Source of the DNA: Candidatus Multivorans sp.
GTDB lineage: Bacteria; Acidobacteriota; Thermoanaerobaculia; Multivoradales; Multivoraceae
Length of the DNA: 64,000 bases
Assembly (NCBI GenBank): GCA_965247095.1
Contig: OZ251997.1
Coordinates: 1,760,001 to 1,824,000, forward strand
Direction of reading: 5' to 3'
Position numbers and translations under genes: made by a program. The notes under the pieces were generated by a model. The model worked only from the letters and a program-made list of their open reading frames with translations. It was not told where the DNA came from and ran no database searches. The first letter of the stretch is position 1, and each line of letters starts with the position of its first letter. Shown here in pieces: positions 33,103 through 42,785 of the stretch.

Positions 33103-33366
33103 ATGGCAACGAGAATTTATGTGGGCAACCTGCCCTTCGATACCACGGAGGAGGCGGTGACCACCCTCTTCTCTTCACACGGCGAGGTTTCCGAAGTTTC
33201 GCTGATCAACGACCGCGAGACCGGTCGCCCGCGGGGCTTCGGTTTCGTCGAGATGGCGAGCGGCGGCCAGGAGGCGATTGCAGCGCTGGACCAGCAGCAG
33301 TACGGGGGCCGGACCCTCCGCGTCAACGAGGCCAGACCCCGCGAGGAGCGCCGGCCCCGCTGGTAG
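33103..33366 (+). CDS. RRM-domain RNA-binding protein
   Basis: RNP2 IYVGNL, RNP1 RGFGFVEM, LRVNEARPR; AGGAG RBS. Confidence 0.95.
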   Translation: MATRIYVGNLPFDTTEEAVTTLFSSHGEVSEVSLINDRETGRPRGFGFVEMASGGQEAIAALDQQQYGGRTLRVNEARPREERRPRW

Positions 33367-33506
33367 GCGGCCCGGCAGCCAGACAACACCGAACTCCGTC
33401 AAGGGTCGCCACCCGGCCCTGACGGGTTCCTACGCGACTCCTCGAAAGAGGAGGTGGCGTACTCCGTCCGATGATGCGCGCGCCGCCCCCCCAGCGGGGG
33501 CAGCGC

Positions 33507-34235
33507 CTACATCACCGGGTTGTAGTACTGCGCCACGGCGAGATCGGGCTGAGGCGACGCCTTCAGCTCGAGGATCTCGTCGCGGACGCTGCCCTTGGTC
33601 GTCTTGAAGGAGACGTTCACGCGCTCCGGCGCGTCCCAGAGCACGACCGCGAATTCGCCGTTCTTCTCGATCGGGCCACTGGCCGAGAAGGAGCCGTCGC
33701 CTGAGGAGATCGTCACTTCGCCGCCGCCCTTGACCGGCTTGCCCCGCTTGTCCTCGACCCGGCCGATGAGCACGGTGCGAACGCCCTCAGCCTCCATCGA
33801 CTCACCCTCCCGGAAGAGGATCGGGTAGACCTGCTGGGCTCCGTCCCGCTGCACCGCGACGCGCGCCACCACGGAGCGGTAGCCATCGCGCTCGAAGGTG
33901 ATGCGCAGCACGATCCCCTCGTAGTCCTCGCGGCTGAAGATGCGGCCCATGTTCCGCAAGAGGTAGCTGCCGGTCTTGCGTCCCTTGGCGCGCAGCCTGG
34001 GCGCCGGCGCGTTGTCGTTCTGGAACCAGATGTCGACATCCGGCAGCGGATTGCCACTCGAATCGAGGATGGTGCCGTAGGCGCGGGTGTTGTCGCGGCC
34101 GCCGACCGCACCGGTGACGTCGCCGCCACGCAGGTCGCCGCCCACGTTGACCGCGCCCGGATCCTGGCCCAGTACCGGACCGGCAATGAACAGCGTTGGG
34201 ACGAGCAACAATGGAAACAGGAGTCTCTTCGTCAT
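33507..34235 (-). CDS. Secreted protein with carboxypeptidase-regulatory-like beta domains
   Basis: Signal peptide; GTILDSSGNPLPDV and GRVEDKRGKPVKG; GGAGG RBS. Confidence 0.7.
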   Translation of the reverse strand: MTKRLLFPLLLVPTLFIAGPVLGQDPGAVNVGGDLRGGDVTGAVGGRDNTRAYGTILDSSGNPLPDVDIWFQNDNAPAPRLRAKGRKTGSYLLRNMGRIFSREDYEGIVLRITFERDGYRSVVARVAVQRDGAQQVYPILFREGESMEAEGVRTVLIGRVEDKRGKPVKGGGEVTISSGDGSFSASGPIEKNGEFAVVLWDAPERVNVSFKTTKGSVRDEILELKASPQPDLAVAQYYNPVM

Positions 34236-34388
34236 GTCGTGGCGCCTCCGAGGCGAGTGTCGGTGAGGGTCGATAGTCCGTAACGGTGGGTAGGAAGCCT
34301 ATCAACGCATGTGCCCGACCTCACGGCTGAGGAAACGCGCCCCCACAGGGGTGGCCGGAGGCGTACTCGGCGACGCTAGGATGACCGG

Positions 34389-35771
34389 ATGCCGCCTACC
34401 GAACCGGATCCGGCTGCGCTTCCGCGGCTGCGGCAGTCGCTGGCAGCGGTCGCGATCGGCGTCGCGGCGGCACTTCTCGTCCTCAGGTGGACGGCGCCCG
34501 ACGAGCCCACGGCGACCGCAGACGATCCGGCCGGCGTCACCCCACCGCCCCTGCCGTCAAGGCCGGAACCGACGCCCATCGCGCCACTGCCGGCTCAGCT
34601 CAGCGAGGCGCTCGATCTGATGGCGGAAGGCAGACTGCGCGAAGCTCAGCGCCTGATGCTGGATTTCAGTCGCGGACCGGGGGCCGAGGCGCTGCCGTCT
34701 GAACATCGCGAAACGATGACGGCAATGCTTCAAAGGCTCGCGAACGACCGGGTCCTGGCCGCCGCGGTGGAACTGGAGAGGGGCTTCGAAGACGCGAACC
34801 TGGTCCGTCTGCGCCTCACGCTGGGCTCTCTGACACGGCGGCAGATGATCGCCCTGCGACGTGATCCGCAAGGGGCTCGCCGCGTCGACGACGCGCGCCG
34901 GCTGGCAGCCGAAGTGGACGCGATCGAAGCCCGTCTCGGCAGCGACCGCCTGGCGGCGCTGCGCCTGGCTCTGGACTTCCAACGCCGCCACCCGCGGTTC
35001 GCCGCAGGCCTCGACTTCGAACGCCGCGCCGCCGCGGCGATCGACGAAACGGCCGGTCGGTTGATCGCGGCGAACCGCCTCGACGAAGCCAGGGCACTGC
35101 TGCTGGAACTCAAGGCGCTGCGCGGCGCCCAGGCTGGCGAGAGCCCCCGCGTCGAGGCCAAGCTGGCCGCCATCGACGAGGTATTCCGGCGGCGCAACGA
35201 TCTGGACGCCACGGTTCGCGAGATCGAACTCCTGGGCTGGGAACGGCCGCACGAGGCTCTGGAGCTCCTGGCCGGGATGGAGCGGACGCCGGAGAACCGG
35301 GACCGTTTCGCCCAATTGGAATCGACCCTGACCATGCTGATGGAGGACCTCGACAAGAGCGAACCGGAAGTGGAGATCCTGCTCCCGCAACGCCCGGCGG
35401 AGGCTCAGGGCGTGTACGAGAGGGACGAAGATGTCGTCGTTCGGGTACGCGCCAGGGACGACTACGAGGTGGTCTCGGTGCGGTTCTTCTGGCGCTGGTT
35501 CGACAACGACCGCACGGGTGAGGTCGTCGAGGCGACCCTCCGGCCGGCGACCGGAACTCCGTCGGCGGAGTCGACGGGCGCGGCCGGTGCGGAGACAGCC
35601 GAAGTGGAGTTCGAAGCCACGATCACCGCCGCCGAACACCAGGGCAGGAACCTCCAGTTGTGGGCCGAGGCGGCGGACCGCGGCGGGCGCGCCGCAAGAA
35701 GCGCCGAGAGCGAACTCGCGCCCGAGAGGCGCGGCTTCCTGCGGCGCCTCGGCCTGCGTCGCGACCAATGA
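34389..35771 (+). CDS. Membrane-anchored hypothetical protein (helical region plus Ig-like C-domain)
   Basis: N-terminal TM, Pro-rich linker, helical region, VRARDDYEVVSVRFFW. Confidence 0.6.
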   Translation: MPPTEPDPAALPRLRQSLAAVAIGVAAALLVLRWTAPDEPTATADDPAGVTPPPLPSRPEPTPIAPLPAQLSEALDLMAEGRLREAQRLMLDFSRGPGAEALPSEHRETMTAMLQRLANDRVLAAAVELERGFEDANLVRLRLTLGSLTRRQMIALRRDPQGARRVDDARRLAAEVDAIEARLGSDRLAALRLALDFQRRHPRFAAGLDFERRAAAAIDETAGRLIAANRLDEARALLLELKALRGAQAGESPRVEAKLAAIDEVFRRRNDLDATVREIELLGWERPHEALELLAGMERTPENRDRFAQLESTLTMLMEDLDKSEPEVEILLPQRPAEAQGVYERDEDVVVRVRARDDYEVVSVRFFWRWFDNDRTGEVVEATLRPATGTPSAESTGAAGAETAEVEFEATITAAEHQGRNLQLWAEAADRGGRAARSAESELAPERRGFLRRLGLRRDQ

Positions 35772-35841
35772 CTCGCGCTGCCGGAAAGCCGTTGAGTTCA
35801 TGTCACTTAGCGACGCCGCGGGCGCTGGTATGATGCCCCGC

Positions 35842-37098
35842 GTGTCAGACGCTACGAGTACGGGGAACGGGGATCCCGAAGCGCCGGGCGCCCTGGCCGG
35901 AATCCCGCAACATCCGGTCGAGACGACGGACAGTACCTTTCTCGATCTGGACCTCGAACCCGCGGTTCTGGAGGTAGTAGCCCGGATCGGCTTCGAGCAT
36001 CCGACGCCTATCCAGGCGGCGGTGATCCCGGACGCGATCGCCGGCAAGGACCTGATCGGCATCGCCGAAACCGGCTCGGGCAAGACGGCCGCCTTCGTGC
36101 TGCCGATCGTGCAGCGTTTGCGCCGCGGCACGGGCGTGCGCGCGCTGATCGTCTCTCCGACCCGGGAGATCGCCCTGCAGACGAAGGCCTTCCTGGACCT
36201 GTTCCGCAAGAGCCGGCTGCGCGTCGACTCCGCCTGCCTGATCGGCGGCGTGAAGATCGGCCCTCAGTTCGATCAGTTGCGCAGCGACCCCGATGTGCTC
36301 GTGGTCACGCCGGGACGGCTGCTGGACCACGTGGAGCGGGGCACGGCGAGCCTGGGCGGGGTCGAGGAACTGGTCCTGGACGAGGCCGACCACATGCTCG
36401 ACCTCGGATTCATGCCCCAGATTCAACGCATCGTGAGCCAACTGCCGAAGCAGCGGCACACGATGCTCTTCTCGGCCACCATGCCGCCGCCGATCGAACG
36501 TCTGGCGCAGCGCTACATGGAGGATCCGCTGCGCATCGACCTGTCGCCGAAGGGCGCCGCGTCGGGGATCGAGCACCGCCTCTACCTGGTCGACGAGAGG
36601 GACAAGAAGCGCTGCGCCCTGGCCCTGCTCGACAAGGTGCCCGGCTCGACCCTGGTGTTCACCAAGCGCAGGTCCGACGCCGAGTGGCTCTGCCGGGTCC
36701 TGGAGCGCGGCGACCATAGCGTCGGGCGCATCCACTCCGACCGCTCGCAGAGCCACCGGGTCGCGGCTCTGGAGGGCTTCCGCGCCGGCCGCCACCGCAT
36801 CCTCGTAGCGACGAACATCGCCGCCCGCGGCATCGACGTCCAGGGCATCGAGCACATCCTGAACTACGACCTCCCCGACACGGCCGAGGACTACATCCAC
36901 CGCGCCGGCCGCACCGCCCGTGGCGCCGCGGAAGGCGTCGTGTCGTCGATCGGCTCCTGGCTCGACAAGTCCCTGATCAGGCAGATCGAGACCGCGCTCG
37001 GACACCCTCTGCCCCGCTACGAGGCGGACGGCGTGGCCCCCTACCGCGAGCTGCGTTCCCTCAAGGAGCGCCGCCGCCGTTCCCCTTTGCGCCGGTAG
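35842..37098 (+). CDS. DEAD-box RNA helicase (RhlE-like); start uncertain (35800-35842)
   Basis: PTPIQ, AETGSGKT, PTREIA, DEAD, SAT, ARGID, HRAGRTAR. Confidence 0.93.
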   Translation: MSDATSTGNGDPEAPGALAGIPQHPVETTDSTFLDLDLEPAVLEVVARIGFEHPTPIQAAVIPDAIAGKDLIGIAETGSGKTAAFVLPIVQRLRRGTGVRALIVSPTREIALQTKAFLDLFRKSRLRVDSACLIGGVKIGPQFDQLRSDPDVLVVTPGRLLDHVERGTASLGGVEELVLDEADHMLDLGFMPQIQRIVSQLPKQRHTMLFSATMPPPIERLAQRYMEDPLRIDLSPKGAASGIEHRLYLVDERDKKRCALALLDKVPGSTLVFTKRRSDAEWLCRVLERGDHSVGRIHSDRSQSHRVAALEGFRAGRHRILVATNIAARGIDVQGIEHILNYDLPDTAEDYIHRAGRTARGAAEGVVSSIGSWLDKSLIRQIETALGHPLPRYEADGVAPYRELRSLKERRRRSPLRR

Positions 37099-37117
37099 CT
37101 TCAGCAGCCAGCCGGCC

Positions 37118-38737
37118 ATGATTCCCATCCCGGACCTTCTCAACCGGGCGCCCTTTCTCGGCATCGACCAGAAGGCTCTGTCGGACCTGTTGGGTCTCGC
37201 CATTCTCGGCCGCGAGATCGGCACCGAGTTCCATGACCTGATGGCGGACGCCGAGACGCCGGAGGCGGCCTGGCGGCCGGAGTTCTTCGAACAGGATCTG
37301 TTCGTCGACCGCCTGATCGCGGAGAGCTTCGAGCTAAGAATCGACGGCGTTCAATACCCGATCAACGAGCGCTTCCTGCGCCGCGCCCTGACCGCCACGC
37401 CGACCGACCTGGAGACCGTTGAGTTCCGCCAGGAGGTGCTGCGAGAGATGGACGAGGACGGGGAAGTCCTCGCCTCGGCCGAACGTCTCTACCGCGAGCT
37501 GTTCGGCCTGCTCTCGCTCCACCGCATGCCCCGCTACCACAGCGTCCTAGACACAGCGTCCCATAACCTGGACATCCTCAAGCAGAGCCGGCTCGTCATC
37601 GACCTGATGCACGACCGCTTCGAGTCGGCCCGCTCCGGGCTCCGACGACTGTACGAAGGCGCCGTCGCCATCCGCGAGACCGAGGAGTACGCGACCCTCG
37701 CCGCCCTTCTCGACTACGAAAGCCGGCTCGCCGAACTGAACCTGGACATCACCCTGGGGGCCGACGGGCGCATCCGTGGGCTTGAGGTGCGCTCACTCGA
37801 CGAGTGCCGCGACAATCCCTTCTGGACCCGACCGGTCAAACGCCTCTGGAGCCGCGTGCGACTCGGCATCGGCGGCTACTCGATGAGCAACAGGGAACTC
37901 CTGAACCGCGTCGTCGAGCGGGTCTACGTATCCCTGTCGCCCGCTTTGATTCCCCTGGTCCAGATGCTCGGCCAATTGGAGCTCTACCTCGCCGCCCGGG
38001 CTCTCCGGGACCGCGCCGCCGAACGCGGCCTCTCGATGTGCATTCCCGAGTTCCGGCCGGATCACGACGCCGGCCCCGCAATCGAGTGCGAAAACCTGTT
38101 CAACCCGCTGCTGCTGCGCCAGGAGCAGGCGCCCGTACCGAGTACGGTGAGAACGGTCGGCCGCGTGCCGATCACCGTCGTCACCGGGCCGAACTCGGGT
38201 GGCAAGACGCGGTTGATTCAGGCCATCGCGCTGGCTCAACTGCTCGGTCAGTCCGGCCTCTACGCGCCCTGCAGCCGCGCCCGCCTGCGCGTCCAGCAGG
38301 GGCTGTTCGTGTCCCTGATCGAGCGTGAGAGCGCGGATCAGGTCGAGGGCCGCCTGGGGCGCGAACTCGTGCGCATCCGCACCCTGTTCGAGGAGATGGA
38401 GCATGGCTCGATGGTGGTCCTGGACGAGCTGTGCTCGGGCACCAACCCTTCGGAGGGAATCGAAGTCTTCACCCTCGTGCTCCAGCTCCTCCGGCGGGCG
38501 CAGCCCGTTGCCTACGTAACCACCCACTTCCTCGACCACGCCCGCGCCCTCCAGCAGAACCATGCGGAGCTGGGCCTCGAGTTCCTCCAGGTGCAGCTCG
38601 ACGACGAGCGCCGGAGCACCTATCAGTTTGTCGACGGCGTCGCCCGCACCTCTCTGGCCGCGCTCACCGCAGAACGGCTCGGCGTCACCTTCGAGAACCT
38701 GTCGGCTGCGGTCGACGACCGCCGGGCCGCGCAATAG
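37118..38737 (+). CDS. MutS-related ATPase (domain V only)
   Basis: TGPNSGGKT, LDELCSGTNP, TTHF; no recognisable mismatch-binding domain. Confidence 0.8.
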   Translation: MIPIPDLLNRAPFLGIDQKALSDLLGLAILGREIGTEFHDLMADAETPEAAWRPEFFEQDLFVDRLIAESFELRIDGVQYPINERFLRRALTATPTDLETVEFRQEVLREMDEDGEVLASAERLYRELFGLLSLHRMPRYHSVLDTASHNLDILKQSRLVIDLMHDRFESARSGLRRLYEGAVAIRETEEYATLAALLDYESRLAELNLDITLGADGRIRGLEVRSLDECRDNPFWTRPVKRLWSRVRLGIGGYSMSNRELLNRVVERVYVSLSPALIPLVQMLGQLELYLAARALRDRAAERGLSMCIPEFRPDHDAGPAIECENLFNPLLLRQEQAPVPSTVRTVGRVPITVVTGPNSGGKTRLIQAIALAQLLGQSGLYAPCSRARLRVQQGLFVSLIERESADQVEGRLGRELVRIRTLFEEMEHGSMVVLDELCSGTNPSEGIEVFTLVLQLLRRAQPVAYVTTHFLDHARALQQNHAELGLEFLQVQLDDERRSTYQFVDGVARTSLAALTAERLGVTFENLSAAVDDRRAAQ

Positions 38738-38767
38738 CGCCGCCAAACCCGTCGCGGGCGCCGAGCT

Positions 38768-39460
38768 TCAGTACGGGACGCCGGTCGCCCGGCAGACGAA
38801 CCGCATCAGGGGGGAGGCAGCCGCACAGAGCCCCGTGAACTCGTCGAGGAAGCCGGCGCCGAGTATCCGGGTCTGATTCAGACTCGCCACGGCCATGAAG
38901 GACTTGCGCTTGATGTCGTCGATGCGCGGGTGACCGGCGTCGAATCCCCGCGGCGCCCGCTTCAGACTCTCGCCGCCGAGTTCCAGCGCCCCGCCGAGTC
39001 CAGGGTCGGCGGTCACCTCCCGCCAGCCCTCGCCATCCGCGACGATTCGCTGCCGGATCGCCCGCAGGGCCTCCGGGTGGGGTTGCCACATGCCCCCGCC
39101 CATGAACACGCTGCCGGGCTCGATGTGGAGGTAGAAGCCCGGCGCGTGGGCGTCCTTGTGCTGCCTATGGCGGAAATGAATGCCGCAATGGGTCTTGTAG
39201 GGCCGCTTGTCGCGCGAGAAGCGGACGTCGCGGTGGATGCGGAAGAGCGACCCACCGACCTTCTTGGGCACCGCGTCGAAATGCTTCGACACCTCGTCCA
39301 GCCGGGTCCCGAAGTCGCTGATGAACTGGAGCGCCGGCTCCCGCACAGCGTCCTCGTAACGCTCGCTGTTCGCCTTGAACCAGTCGCGGTCGTTGTTCTT
39401 GGCGAGGTCGCGTAGAAAGGCGAACGTATCGCGCGAGAACGGGTTCTTCCATTGGTCCAT
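38768..39460 (-). CDS. DUF2461 family protein
   Basis: FLRDLAKNNDRDWF, FRIHRDVRFSRDKRPYKT, LKRAPRGF. Confidence 0.9.
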   Translation of the reverse strand: MDQWKNPFSRDTFAFLRDLAKNNDRDWFKANSERYEDAVREPALQFISDFGTRLDEVSKHFDAVPKKVGGSLFRIHRDVRFSRDKRPYKTHCGIHFRHRQHKDAHAPGFYLHIEPGSVFMGGGMWQPHPEALRAIRQRIVADGEGWREVTADPGLGGALELGGESLKRAPRGFDAGHPRIDDIKRKSFMAVASLNQTRILGAGFLDEFTGLCAAASPLMRFVCRATGVPY

Positions 39461-39545
39461 CGTCTTCCAGTCCTCCTCGTCTCGGCGGGGCTTCGGCTCG
39501 GGCACGGAGTGTATTCTCGAAGGCGCTCGAACAAGGAGGGCCCGC

Positions 39546-40295
39546 ATGGACATCTTCGTCGCCGAACTGGTCGGCACCGCGCTACTGGTAATCCTCGGCG
39601 ACGGCGTGGTCGCCAACGTCGTTCTCGCCCGCACCAAGGGGAACGACAGCGGCTGGATCGTCATCGCGACCGGCTGGGGACTGGCCGTCGCGCTCGCCGT
39701 CTACTGCGTCGGCCGGATCAGCGGCGCCCACATCAACCCGGCGGTCAGCGTCGGCCTGTGGGCGATCGGCGAACTCGACGCCGTCCTGCTGCCGACCTAC
39801 ATCGGCGCTCAGATGCTCGGCGCCTTCGCCGGCGCGGTCGTCGTCTGGCTCACGTACCGCCCACACTGGAGCGCCACCTCCGACCAGGGCGCCAAGCTCG
39901 GCGTGTTCTGCACGGCGCCGGAGATCCCGGGGCGCCGGGGCGCGAACTTCATCACCGAGGTGGTGGGCACCGCGGTGCTGGTGTTCGGTGTGCTCGCGAT
40001 CGCGGCCAACGCCTCCGAACTCAGCGGCGGCGCGATCGACCTGTCGGCAGTGTTCGCCACCGGCATCAATCCCCTGCTGGTCGGCTTCCTGGTCTGGGGC
40101 ATCGGCCTGAGCCTGGGCGGTCCGACGGGCTACGCGATCAACCCGGCCCGCGACCTCGGCCCGCGCATCGCGCACGCCGTGTTGCCGATCCCCGGCAAGG
40201 GCGATTCGAACTGGAGCTACGCCTGGGTGCCGGTGGCGGGCCCGCTCGTCGGCGGCGTCCTCGGCGCGCTCGCCTTCCGCGGCCTCGGCTGGTAG
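39546..40295 (+). CDS. glpF: Glycerol uptake facilitator (MIP)
   Basis: SGAHINPAV and GYAINPARDLGPR; upstream of glpK. Confidence 0.93.
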   Translation: MDIFVAELVGTALLVILGDGVVANVVLARTKGNDSGWIVIATGWGLAVALAVYCVGRISGAHINPAVSVGLWAIGELDAVLLPTYIGAQMLGAFAGAVVVWLTYRPHWSATSDQGAKLGVFCTAPEIPGRRGANFITEVVGTAVLVFGVLAIAANASELSGGAIDLSAVFATGINPLLVGFLVWGIGLSLGGPTGYAINPARDLGPRIAHAVLPIPGKGDSNWSYAWVPVAGPLVGGVLGALAFRGLGW

Positions 40296-40310
40296 GCGGA
40301 CTGCCAAGCC

Positions 40311-41798
40311 ATGAGCTACATCCTCGCCCTCGACCAGGGCACCACGTCCAGCCGCTCTATCCTGTTCGAGCGCCAGGGAACAGCCGTTTCCTCCGCGCAG
40401 CAGGAGTTCCCGCAGCTCTACCCCTCGCCCGGCCACGTCGAGCACGATCCCGAGGCGATCTGGAACACCCAGCTCGACACGGCGCGCGCCGCCATCCGGA
40501 AGGCCGGCGCGGATGTCTCGGACATCGCCGCCGTCGGCATCGCCAACCAGCGCGAGACGGTCGTGCTGTGGGAGCTCGACAGCGGCAAGCCGGTCGACAA
40601 CGCGATCGTCTGGCAGAGCCGCATCACCGCGCCGCTGTGCGAACAGTTGAAAGAGCAGGGTCACGAGGACCTGTTCCGCTCGAAGACCGGCCTGGTGCTC
40701 GACCCCTACTTCTCCGGCACCAAGATCTCCCACCTGCTCGACAAACACGACCTGCACGCGCGGGCGGCGCGTGGTGAGATCCTGGCCGGAACGATCGACA
40801 GCTTCCTGCTCTGGCGGCTGACCGGCGGCGAGGTCCACGCCACCGACGCGAGCAACGCCTCGCGCACCCTGCTGTTCGACATCCACAACCTGGACTGGGA
40901 CGACGACCTGCTCGAGATCCTGCACGTGCCGCGGGCCATGCTGCCCGAGGTCCGGGATTCGAGCGGCGACTTCGGCCACACGGAGCCGAGCCTGTTCGGC
41001 CGGGAGATTCCCATCGCCGGCATCGCGGGCGACCAGCAGGCGGCGACCTTCGGGCAGGGGTGCTTCGAGCGCGGCATGGTCAAGAACACCTACGGCACCG
41101 GCTGCTTCATCCTGATGAACACAGGCGACCGGGCGGTGGCCTCGGACAACGGCCTTCTGTCCACGGTCGGCTGGGTGCTCGACGGGCGGCCCACCTACTG
41201 CCTGGAGGGTTCGGTCTTCGTCGGCGGCGCGGCAGTTCAGTGGCTGCGGGACGGCCTGGGTCTGATCGAGAGGTCCGAACAGATCGAAGAACTCGCGGCG
41301 ACCGAGGAGGACAGCGGCGGGGTCTACCTGGTGCCCGCCTTCGTCGGCCTCGGCGCGCCCTACTGGGATCCCTACGCGCGGGGCCTCCTGATCGGCCTCG
41401 AGCGCTCGACCACCGCCGGCCATGTGGCCAGAGCCACGGTCGAATCGATGGCCTATCAGAGCCTCGATGTCGTGCGCGCCATGGAAGCCGACGCCGGTTC
41501 CCGCATGAGCGGCCTGCGGGTCGACGGCGGCGCGGCGGTCAACAACGCCCTGATGCAGTTCCAGGCCGACCTGCTGGGCACCCGGGTTCAGCGGCCGGTA
41601 GTTGCCGAGACGACTGCTCTCGGCGCCGCCTACCTGGCGGGTCTGGCAGTCGGCTTCTGGACCGACCAGGCCGACGTGACCGGAAACTGGGCTCTCGACC
41701 GCGAGTTCGAACCGCGGTCCACGCCGGCGGAGCGCGACCGCCTCGCCGAAGGCTGGCAGCGGGCGGTCGAGAGATCAAGGGGCTGGGCCAAGGCGTAG
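40311..41798 (+). CDS. glpK: Glycerol kinase
   Basis: [38 protein letters not shown]. Confidence 0.97.
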   Translation: MSYILALDQGTTSSRSILFERQGTAVSSAQQEFPQLYPSPGHVEHDPEAIWNTQLDTARAAIRKAGADVSDIAAVGIANQRETVVLWELDSGKPVDNAIVWQSRITAPLCEQLKEQGHEDLFRSKTGLVLDPYFSGTKISHLLDKHDLHARAARGEILAGTIDSFLLWRLTGGEVHATDASNASRTLLFDIHNLDWDDDLLEILHVPRAMLPEVRDSSGDFGHTEPSLFGREIPIAGIAGDQQAATFGQGCFERGMVKNTYGTGCFILMNTGDRAVASDNGLLSTVGWVLDGRPTYCLEGSVFVGGAAVQWLRDGLGLIERSEQIEELAATEEDSGGVYLVPAFVGLGAPYWDPYARGLLIGLERSTTAGHVARATVESMAYQSLDVVRAMEADAGSRMSGLRVDGGAAVNNALMQFQADLLGTRVQRPVVAETTALGAAYLAGLAVGFWTDQADVTGNWALDREFEPRSTPAERDRLAEGWQRAVERSRGWAKA

Positions 41799-41933
41799 CT
41801 GCCGCCGGCGCAACCCGGCGTTCGCAGCACCCGGCTGCGGTACGCTCTCGCTCTTTCGACGTTCAAGGACCAGCCTCGAAGCGCCGCATCGGTCGGCGCC
41901 ACAGCGAGCACCAACAAGCACCCGGAGAACTCC

Positions 41934-42761
41934 ATGACCGATGTAGCCGTCCGCCCCCGCGTCACCGTCGATATCGAAAACGGCGTCGCCGATGTCCGCC
42001 TCGACCGGCCTGACAAGCTGAACGCGCTGGACGGCGCGATGTTCGATGCGCTGGGCACGACCGGCCGCGAGCTGGCCGCCGACCCGTCCGTGCGCGCCGT
42101 CGTCCTCTCCGGCAACGGGCGCGCCTTCTGCGCCGGCCTCGACTTCGGCAGCTTCCAGGCCATGAAGAGCCGTGCAGGCAGCAACTCGCTGACCGATCAA
42201 CTCCTGTCACGAACCGACGACAACCCCGCCAACCACGGCCAGACCGCGGCCTGGGTCTGGCACGCGATGCCGGTACCGGTGATCGCCGCGGTCCACGGCG
42301 TGGCCTTCGGCGGCGGCATCCAGATCGCCCTCGGCGCCGACCTGCGGATCGTCCACCCGGAGGCGAAACTCTCCGTGCGGGAGATCGTCTGGGGACTCGT
42401 TCCCGACATGGCCGGCCCCCAGTTGTTGCGGCACCTCGTGCGCGCCGACATCGCCAAGGAGCTCACCTTCACCGGCCGCGTGATCAGCGGCGTCGAGGCC
42501 GCCGAACTCGGGCTGGCCACGCGCCTCTCGGAGCAGCCGCTCGACGACGCCCTCGCCCTCGCGCGGGAGATCGCCGGCCGCTCGCCGCACGCGATCCGCG
42601 CCGCCAAGGAGCTGCTCGATGTGTCCCGGACCGCCAGCGTGCGCGAGGGCCTTGAGGCCGAGCACCGTCTACAGGCGGGACTGATGGGTTCCCCGAATCA
42701 GGTCGAGGCAGTGACCGCGAACATGCAGGAACGAGCGCCGGATTTCGCCGACGTCGACTGA
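41934..42761 (+). CDS. Enoyl-CoA hydratase/crotonase family
   Basis: RPDKLNALD, FCAGLD, AFGGGIQIALGADLR, GLVPD. Confidence 0.92.
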   Translation: MTDVAVRPRVTVDIENGVADVRLDRPDKLNALDGAMFDALGTTGRELAADPSVRAVVLSGNGRAFCAGLDFGSFQAMKSRAGSNSLTDQLLSRTDDNPANHGQTAAWVWHAMPVPVIAAVHGVAFGGGIQIALGADLRIVHPEAKLSVREIVWGLVPDMAGPQLLRHLVRADIAKELTFTGRVISGVEAAELGLATRLSEQPLDDALALAREIAGRSPHAIRAAKELLDVSRTASVREGLEAEHRLQAGLMGSPNQVEAVTANMQERAPDFADVD

Positions 42762-42785
42762 ACCCCGAAGAGACGAGGGGCGCCG

